Assembly (NCBI GenBank): GCA_965116025.1
Contig: OZ220480.1
Span: 1,592,495-1,656,494, forward strand
Source of the DNA: an uncultured candidatus Porisulfidus sp.
GTDB lineage: Bacteria > Pseudomonadota > Gammaproteobacteria > Poriferisulfidales > Poriferisulfidaceae
Length of the DNA: 64,000 bases
Direction: 5' to 3'
A model generated the notes under the pieces. The model was not told the DNA's origin. It saw nothing but the letters and a program-made list of their open reading frames with translations, and searched no databases. The translations under genes were made by a program, and so were the position numbers. Shown piece by piece: positions 58,401 to 64,000 of this stretch. How positions within the stretch are numbered: the stretch's first letter is position 1; every line of letters begins with the position of its first letter.

Positions 58401-59233
58401 TCTCGGAGCTATCCTTCGAGATAGAGGACAATCCGGCGGCGCCCTTTCTCCAGGTGGGCGAAGCCCCGGTGGTCGCGATTCTACGAGAGCAGGGAGTTAA
58501 CGGACATGTCGAGATGGCGGCCGCGTTCTCGCGAGCGGGATTTGTCTGCAGGGACGTGCGCATGAGCGATTTGCAGCGAGACCCGAGCCTTCTTGACGAC
58601 GTGTCTGGATTGGCCGCTGGCGGCGGGTTTTCATATGGAGACGTTCTTGGGGCCGGGGGTGGGTGGGCGAAAAATATCCTGTACCACGAGGGCTTGCGAG
58701 AGGTTTTCAAGAAATTCTTCGAACGTCTGGATGTTTTCGCGTTGGGAGCCTGCAACGGTTGCCAGTTGCTTTCCCGGCTGAAGGATCTGATTCCCGGCGC
58801 CGAGCGCTGGCCGCGCTTCTTGCCAAACGTCAGCGAGCGATTCGAGGCTCGATTTTGCGAGGTCGAAATTCTCGAATCGCCCTCGATCTTCCTGCGCGGC
58901 ATGGCTGGCAGCCGTCTTCCGATCGTGGTCGCGCATGGAGAGGGACGGGCCGAGCTCCGGCGTAACATGGAGGATCTGGAAGAATTCGCCTGCCTGCGCT
59001 ATATCGACGTGAGCGGGAACGCTACTGAGGAATATCCAGCCAATCCGAATGGCTCGCCAAACGGAATCACCGCGCTGACCAACGCGGATGGTCGCTTCAC
59101 CATCATGATGCCACATCCAGAACGCGCATTCCGCTCTCTGCAGTGCTCTTGGCATCCGCCGGAATGGGGAGAGGACTCCCCGTGGTCGCGTCTTTTCCAG
59201 AATGCGAGGGCCTGGGTCGGAGAGACGCGTTAA
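55469..59233 (+). CDS. purL: phosphoribosylformylglycinamidine synthase (single-chain large PurL)
   Basis: ORF 55373..59233 trimmed to ATG 55469, which has GGAGG upstream. About 1254 aa with a C-terminal GATase domain (GACNGCQ). Confidence 0.95.
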   Translation: MGARFLHFADCERVLSPKEEKTFTKLLDYAPPVEDYPGSSSLILVVPRLGTISPWSSKATEIIQNCGLSAIRRVERGIEYRLDSVDRVSREQVDLLHDRMTESILADLNRIDKIFARSEPAQLERISLNPNPVEALREANRTYGLALSDADMEHLIQAYRDLGRDPTDAELMMFAQVNSEHCRHKIFNARWRIDGKPMKRSLFEMIQNTHETSPNGTLSAYLDNAAVLEGGRARRMSIDPKTGLWRDMEGEYGIVIKVETHNHPTGISPFPGAATGSGGEIRDETACGRGGRPKAGLCGFTVSNLDIDSWIRPWENPSRDRPSRMATPLDIMIEGPVGAASFNNEFGRPCLAGYFRTLEGEERTPSGIRGFGYHKPIMIAGGIGSIHLDHVQKQGIPEGTPLVVLGGPAMLIGLGGGAASSRHTGAGDERLDYASVQRSNPEMQRRAQEVIERCVARDKDNPILSVHDVGAGGLSNAIPELIQGEPGGAELDLREIPCADDGMSPREIWCNESQERYVLAIRGEDLDWFTEICQKERCPFAVIGKSTASGRLRLDDSRFGEAAADVPLVLLFGESSKMDIAVSSVEWSDAPLDMSGIDLLEAAERVLTLPCVASKSFLVTIGDRSVGGLTARDQMVGPWQVPVADAAVTTRDFEGTAGEAMAMGERPALAIHRPAASARMAVAEALTNLASVRVRDRARIRLSANWMAASSEPESLFGLHEAVKAVGLEFCPKLGVAIPVGKDSLSMQAAWGARRVTSPVSLIASAFAPVEDVRRHVTPLLRDDPETSLLLASLDANRRLGGSALAQVYGRTGSDAPDVEDPARLAAFFDLIQALLDEEDILAYHDRSDGGLFACLCESAFAGQVGLDIDLSVLEEDLLSYLFNEEIGAVLQVRAGRVDEITHRFRKAGLHCELIGGVLQKSLFQLRRRGKMKAIWSLPEMRKLWSRVGYEIARRRDNEDCARSEYESAGLWGPPPLFSELSFEIEDNPAAPFLQVGEAPVVAILREQGVNGHVEMAAAFSRAGFVCRDVRMSDLQRDPSLLDDVSGLAAGGGFSYGDVLGAGGGWAKNILYHEGLREVFKKFFERLDVFALGACNGCQLLSRLKDLIPGAERWPRFLPNVSERFEARFCEVEILESPSIFLRGMAGSRLPIVVAHGEGRAELRRNMEDLEEFACLRYIDVSGNATEEYPANPNGSPNGITALTNADGRFTIMMPHPERAFRSLQCSWHPPEWGEDSPWSRLFQNARAWVGETR

Positions 59234-59501
59234 CTCTCTTGTCTTGCGCTTTTTAGTACAATTAGCATGCAAGTTCCGGGCAAGCATTATGGTGAAGGCT
59301 TGTTGCCCATGGAGTACATGATGAAACCCTTGAACGAACGTCTCGTGCGAGGTTGGTTGGTTTGCCTCCGTGCACTGGCAGGACTCGTAACTTGTCTGCA
59401 TCCCGATTCCGATAATACAGGCGTAGCGTTTTTCTGCCGGATACTATCGTGCAGATGCGCCATGGGAATGACTGGCGAATGTCTCATCTATAGAGAGCCG
59501 G

Positions 59502-60422
59502 TTGCGTAACGTGGCCATACAAGCAGTTGCAACTAGTGATTTGCCGCTACCGCGCTCACGGCAGCGTCGCTGGGTCGTGTCCGCGGACTGCCGTGAGGTG
59601 ATGTCGTCTATGAGGGAAAACAGTGTTTCCTTAATACTCACGGATCCACCTTATTTCATTGATGGGATGGATGATGGGTGGGACAATTCAGCCCTTGAAA
59701 GACGATTGAGACCACATGGGGTGGTCGGCGCATTACCTATCGGGATGAAATTTGATGCGACGCAAGGGGAGAGGTTGCAGAAATTTCTTAAACCGATAGC
59801 GGAAGAATGGATGCGGATCATTAAGCCCGGTGGATTTGTACTGTGCTTTTCTCAAAACAGACTGGCGCATCATACGGCTATGGCCATAGAGTTCGCTGGC
59901 TTTGAAATTAGGGATATGCTCGCTTGGCGATACGAGGGGCAAGCGAAAGCGTTTTCGCAAGATCATTTCGTCCGCAAGCGAGATATTTCAGAAAAGGAAA
60001 AGGAGCGTCTTTTACAAAAGCTAGGTGGTCGGAAAACGCCACAATTAAAACCGCAATGTGAATTGATCGTCTTGGGGCAGGCTCCGCGCGAGGGGACTTT
60101 TGTTGATAACTGGGACAAATGGGAGACAGGCTTGATTGACCCGCGTAATCCATTTCTAGAGGCAGGCAAATTCCCCGGCACTGTTGTTCCTGCGCCGAAA
60201 CCGCGTGAGCGGCATGGACACATGACCGCGAAGCCAGTTGATTTGTTGCGCCACTTTATAAGAATTTTTTCCGCGGACACCGGGGTCGTTTTTGATCCAT
60301 TCGCCGGATCTGGTTCAACTGGTGTAGCGGCACGCATGGAAGGGAGAAAATTTACAGGTGTGGAAATTGATAAGGCTATGGCGATCAATGCGGAACGGCG
60401 CATTGAGGCTATGGCCATATGA
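59502..60422 (+). CDS. DNA methyltransferase, beta class (DPPY before FxGxG; N6-adenine or N4-cytosine)
   Basis: LILTDPPYF near the N-terminus and VFDPFAGSGSTGVAA near the C-terminus. Starts at TTG 59502, or GTG 59511. AT-richer than the flanks. Confidence 0.85.
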   Translation: MRNVAIQAVATSDLPLPRSRQRRWVVSADCREVMSSMRENSVSLILTDPPYFIDGMDDGWDNSALERRLRPHGVVGALPIGMKFDATQGERLQKFLKPIAEEWMRIIKPGGFVLCFSQNRLAHHTAMAIEFAGFEIRDMLAWRYEGQAKAFSQDHFVRKRDISEKEKERLLQKLGGRKTPQLKPQCELIVLGQAPREGTFVDNWDKWETGLIDPRNPFLEAGKFPGTVVPAPKPRERHGHMTAKPVDLLRHFIRIFSADTGVVFDPFAGSGSTGVAARMEGRKFTGVEIDKAMAINAERRIEAMAI

Positions 60423-61096
60423 CTCTACCTAATCCTGATGACCTTCAGGCGGCATGGCTGGAGGTGAAAGACATTCATAAGGAACATCTTGCGATTCACG
60501 GGGTCAAGTTGCCAAAGGTTGACCACTATACGGAGAGCAACAAGTCTTTGTGGCTAGCTGTGTTGCACTGCTACATGGATAGGCATGTCCATAAGGATGA
60601 AATTTCAGAAATTGCGCAACGAGACATACCGGGATGTGGTTCAGATCAGCAGGTAAGACATCTGAAGCGAGATGGCTGGAGCATTGGCGACAAGCGCGGC
60701 ATTCATAAGTTAAATCCGTACAAACCGTCCCTTACTTTCCTGAATACAGACGCGCGCAAACAGTCAAGATTAGTAGCTAAAGATTTTAATGAATTAAAAG
60801 AAATTTATGGACATCGATGTGCTACATGCGGGGCCAGAGAGGGAAGGCCAGATCCTCGTTATGGAGAGGAAAAGGTCTCATTACAGCAGGGGCATCAAGA
60901 CCCGAATAAACCGGGTGACGACAGGGGCAACATCATTCCTCAGTGCCAGTTCTGCAACAGGTCTTACAAGAACGACTATGTTTTCGATGATAAGGGTCGT
61001 GTCCGTGCTGTTGCGAATGTCCGACCAGTTCAGCATGCGCATGAAGATGTGCAGAGAAAAATCCTTGATTGGCTGCTGAAGGAGTTCGAGAGATGA
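60419..61096 (+). CDS. putative HNH (beta-beta-alpha-Me) type II restriction endonuclease
   Basis: 225 aa with a 4-nt overlap to the methyltransferase gene. The C-terminal region CATCG...QQGHQDPNKPGDDRGNIIPQCQFCN has two CxxC pairs flanking His/Asn residues. Confidence 0.6.
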   Translation: MTLPNPDDLQAAWLEVKDIHKEHLAIHGVKLPKVDHYTESNKSLWLAVLHCYMDRHVHKDEISEIAQRDIPGCGSDQQVRHLKRDGWSIGDKRGIHKLNPYKPSLTFLNTDARKQSRLVAKDFNELKEIYGHRCATCGAREGRPDPRYGEEKVSLQQGHQDPNKPGDDRGNIIPQCQFCNRSYKNDYVFDDKGRVRAVANVRPVQHAHEDVQRKILDWLLKEFER

Positions 61097-61302
61097 ATTG
61101 TTGCGAAAGAAGAGTATGGTACTTGTCGGGTGCTTTCGAACCCGACAGAAATCTCTTCGCCGAAGCGGACCATCGGAGCCCGCATGCGGGAGATGCCGAA
61201 GAAACGTTGACGGCTCATAAAGAAGCGGGACGAGTCTTGATCGATTCAGACATGTCGCGGGGCGCGCGCGGTTCCCATCCTTTTTGATCTCCAGGTCGTT
61301 CG

Positions 61303-62295
61303 GTGGAGCAACGCATACAAGTCGAGGCGCCCGCGCGCCTGCACTTGGGTTTCTTAGACCTTCGCGGAGATTTGGGACGTCGCTTCGGGGGGGTCGGGGT
61401 TAGCCTGGAGGAAATTCGGACCCGTGTGGAATGCATCCGTGGCGGGGTGGAATGCCGCGCCACGGGGCCTGACTCGGAGCGCGCGCTCGAGTACGCTCAC
61501 TCGATACTAGTCGCGACGAGGTGCGAAGGGGCCGTCAGCGTCAAGGTGTGCCAAGCGATTCCGCGTCATGCGGGGCTAGGATCTGGCACGCAAATGGCCT
61601 TAGCCGTTGGCACGGCGGTGAGCCACCTGTTCGAGTTGGACCTGAATCCGTATGATATCGCGGAGATGCTTGGTCGGGGAGGGCGTTCTGGCATTGGGAT
61701 CGGCTCGTTCGAGCAGGGAGGCTTTCTGGTGGATGGCGGGAGGGGAGACGAAGATATGCCTCCTCCGATCATCGCTCGGCATGCTTTCCCCAACAACTGG
61801 AGGATCATTCTGCTGATGGCGCGCGGCGACAAGGAGGGACTCTCCGGCGAGACGGAACGTCGCGCCTTCGTCGATCTTCCAGAGTTTCCCGCCGCGGACG
61901 CGGCACGCCTGTGCCATTTGACCCTGATGCGGGTTCTGCCGTCCCTCCGGGAATTCTGGTTTTCGGGTTTCGCTTCGGGGATAGGCGAGATGCAGGACAG
62001 GATCGGAGATTACTTCGCTCCCGCGCAAGGCGGGCGGGTCGCGCACCAGAAGGTCATGAACATCCTCAAGCGAGCGAAACGGCTCGGATTTTCTGGAGTC
62101 GGCCAAAGCTCCTGGGGGCCGACTGGATTCATCCTGACGGACGGGGAGGACCGGGCCCGCGAGCTGGTCCGGGAACTCCAGCCCGTCGATGAGGGGCTGA
62201 AGGTTCGAATCGTCAGCGCTTCCAACCAAGGACATCAATGTATATCCACCGACATGACGAAAGTGGAAAATACGGATCCTCAAACCATAACATGA
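61303..62295 (+). CDS. mptG: beta-ribofuranosylaminobenzene 5'-phosphate (RFAP) synthase, GHMP-kinase-like (H4MPT biosynthesis)
   Basis: VEAPARLHLGFLDL... and HAGLGSGTQMALAVG motifs. Adjacent to mtdB. Confidence 0.75.
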   Translation: MEQRIQVEAPARLHLGFLDLRGDLGRRFGGVGVSLEEIRTRVECIRGGVECRATGPDSERALEYAHSILVATRCEGAVSVKVCQAIPRHAGLGSGTQMALAVGTAVSHLFELDLNPYDIAEMLGRGGRSGIGIGSFEQGGFLVDGGRGDEDMPPPIIARHAFPNNWRIILLMARGDKEGLSGETERRAFVDLPEFPAADAARLCHLTLMRVLPSLREFWFSGFASGIGEMQDRIGDYFAPAQGGRVAHQKVMNILKRAKRLGFSGVGQSSWGPTGFILTDGEDRARELVRELQPVDEGLKVRIVSASNQGHQCISTDMTKVENTDPQTIT

Positions 62296-62314
62296 CATGC
62301 AAGGAAGGAACCTC

Positions 62315-63214
62315 ATGGAGAAAAAATATCTTTTGCACATGCTGACTTCGGCGAAGAACCTGAGTCCGTTCGACGCTAACATGGCCTACGATGCTGGCTG
62401 GGATACCTGCGTTCCCTATACCCAGGTGGAAACGGACGAGGTCAAGGGACTGGTTGAGGACGCGATCTTCTCACGGGGGCCAAGCGGCGGAAAACGCACC
62501 GGCTTGTTCATTGGCGGGCGCGACATGCACCAGGCCATGGATATGTTGGAAGTCTGCCAGAAGTCCATGCTTCCCCCGTTCGTCGTGTCGGCGTTTGCGG
62601 ATCCCAGTGGGGCGTTCACGACGGCAGCGGCCATGGTAGCCAAGGTGGAGAAAGCCCTGCGCGACACCCATTCGATGGATCTTTCAGGACGGCGCGTTCT
62701 GGCGCTCGGCGGCACGGGGCCGGTGGGCTCAGCGGCGGCCGTGATCGCCGCGAGCGCGGGCGCTCGCGTCACCATTTTGGGGCGGAAGAAGGAGAAAAGC
62801 GCCGATGTGGCTGATTTGTGCAACCGAAAGTATGGTGCGGACCCGGAGGTCGATGGTGAGGCCAACGATCAATTGGACCAGTTGCTGGAAGACGCGGATG
62901 TCGTGCTCGCGTCAGCCGCCGCTGGCATTCAGTTAGTGTCGAGGGAGCAGATGTCCCAGGCCCCCAAGCTGAAAGTGGCCGCGGACGTCAACGCGGTGCC
63001 GCCCTCCGGCATCCATGGGCTAGGGGTCATGGACGATGGCGGCCCGATTGAGGATTCTCGGAGCGGAGCGGTCGGCATCGGCGCGCTCGCTATCGGGAAC
63101 GTGAAATACCAGACCCAGCATCGATTGCTCCAGCGGATGCGGAGGTCCAAGGAGCCGGTGTACCTTCATTTCGAGCATGCCTTCGAAGTGGCGCGTCAGT
63201 GCGCCTCGGAATAG
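62315..63214 (+). CDS. mtdB: NAD(P)-dependent methylene-tetrahydromethanopterin dehydrogenase
   Basis: ORF 62297..63214 trimmed to ATG 62315, which has GGAAGGA upstream. MtdA/MtdB-family pattern (SPFDANMAYDAG...LFIGGRD...GGTGPVG). Calling it MtdB rather than MtdA is an inference from the gammaproteobacterial context. Confidence 0.7.
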   Translation: MEKKYLLHMLTSAKNLSPFDANMAYDAGWDTCVPYTQVETDEVKGLVEDAIFSRGPSGGKRTGLFIGGRDMHQAMDMLEVCQKSMLPPFVVSAFADPSGAFTTAAAMVAKVEKALRDTHSMDLSGRRVLALGGTGPVGSAAAVIAASAGARVTILGRKKEKSADVADLCNRKYGADPEVDGEANDQLDQLLEDADVVLASAAAGIQLVSREQMSQAPKLKVAADVNAVPPSGIHGLGVMDDGGPIEDSRSGAVGIGALAIGNVKYQTQHRLLQRMRRSKEPVYLHFEHAFEVARQCASE

Positions 63215-63266
63215 CGGGAAGCTGTTTCTTCTGTCGGCCTCGGCGCGGGCGCATGCGTGGGTTGCC

Positions 63267-64000
63267 ATGCGTCGCTTGCGTCCGGTCGTGGCTATTGACG
63301 GCTTCCTCGACGCGGATCTGATTGCTGACGATACGGTCCGGGCCACCTTGGACCACGGGCAATTCACGCCGGAAATCCTGGAGATCGTGTCGAAAAGGAG
63401 CCGGTCAGGCGATGCGCTGGCCTACGGTTCTGGATTCGAGGCGCGTCCCGATTTGCTGGATCGGTTGCGAGCTTCCGTCCACGTGCTGGGGAACGCCCCC
63501 GATGTCGTGCGCCTATGCTCTGACCCCTTTCGCCTGTCCAAGCGTCTCGCGAGCCTCGGGTTGCGTGGACCGGAAACCCTGAATCGCCCGCCTGAAAACC
63601 GGGAAAATTGGCTCGTCAAAAGAAAAGGCCGGTCCGGTGGGCATCATGTTCAGCCTGCCTCCCAGGTTTCTGGACGCTCGAGTTCTTTGTGCTGGCAACG
63701 CGAATGCGCTGGCGAGCCACATTCCGCGTTGCTTCTGGCGGGGGATGGGAAAGCTCGGATCGTCGGGATCAGTCGATCGCTGGCTTCCGAAAGTCCCGAC
63801 GCGCCATACGCGTGGAGTGGCGCTATCGGTCCGATTAGGGTGAAGCCCGAGGTTATCGAGCAAGTACAATGGGCGGCGCGAGTTTTGGCGCGCGACCTTA
63901 ATCTTCTCGGCCTTTGCGGCATTGATTTCATCATCGATTCTAAAAAAGAGGCGCATGTCGTGGATGTTAATCCGAGATTGGTGGCCACTTGCGAGCTGTA
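63267..64000 (+). CDS. ATP-grasp domain protein of the H4MPT-linked C1 cluster (3' end cut by the window edge)
   Basis: This frame is not in the ORF track because no stop lies within the window. It reads MRRLRPVVAIDGFLDADLIADD...WLVKRKGRSGGHHV...GLCGIDFIIDSKKEAHVVDVNPR, resembling predicted ATP-dependent carboligases. Confidence 0.65.
   Translation, partial: MRRLRPVVAIDGFLDADLIADDTVRATLDHGQFTPEILEIVSKRSRSGDALAYGSGFEARPDLLDRLRASVHVLGNAPDVVRLCSDPFRLSKRLASLGLRGPETLNRPPENRENWLVKRKGRSGGHHVQPASQVSGRSSSLCWQRECAGEPHSALLLAGDGKARIVGISRSLASESPDAPYAWSGAIGPIRVKPEVIEQVQWAARVLARDLNLLGLCGIDFIIDSKKEAHVVDVNPRLVATCEL

Overview
High-GC (judged by eye, not computed) proteobacterial chromosome segment. It most plausibly comes from a gammaproteobacterial methanotroph or methylotroph, because it carries a long PFK of the type found as PPi-PFK in methanotrophs, cytochrome P460, and an H4MPT-pathway cluster (RFAP synthase, mtdB, ATP-grasp gene). 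The backbone is ordinary housekeeping: hemYXDC, argH, lptM-lysA, bolA, sseA, cmoBA, pfp, ampD, msrB, guaBA, tadA, an acyl-CoA ligase with a Liv-type ABC importer, leuA, a family-4 UDG, an AddB-like nuclease, fdxA, ssrA (tmRNA) and purL. At least six visibly AT-richer accessory inserts sit at junctions between these genes. (1) Two RTX paralogues plus a secreted protein after lysA. (2) A restriction-modification cassette whose endonuclease looks frameshifted. (3) A second RM cassette fused to a split OLD/AbiL-like (AAA_21 ATPase + RloB/Toprim) pair between msrB and guaB. (4) A decayed mobile island of about 6.7 kb after guaA, with a TatD fragment, higBA, a three-gene operon, IS5 and IS630 remnants, and an inverted degraded higA copy. 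(5) A solitary HTH-ImmA/IrrE protease gene next to ssrA. (6) A third RM cassette with an HNH-type nuclease between purL and the H4MPT genes. The best candidate for an undescribed system is the tightly coupled operon at 33292-36749 (COG1373-type AAA ATPase, SEC-C zinc-motif protein, 417-aa helical protein), driven by a near-consensus promoter embedded in a perfect 35-bp palindrome. No CRISPR array, rRNA or tRNA gene was seen. All family assignments come from motif and pattern recognition by eye; no database search was run.
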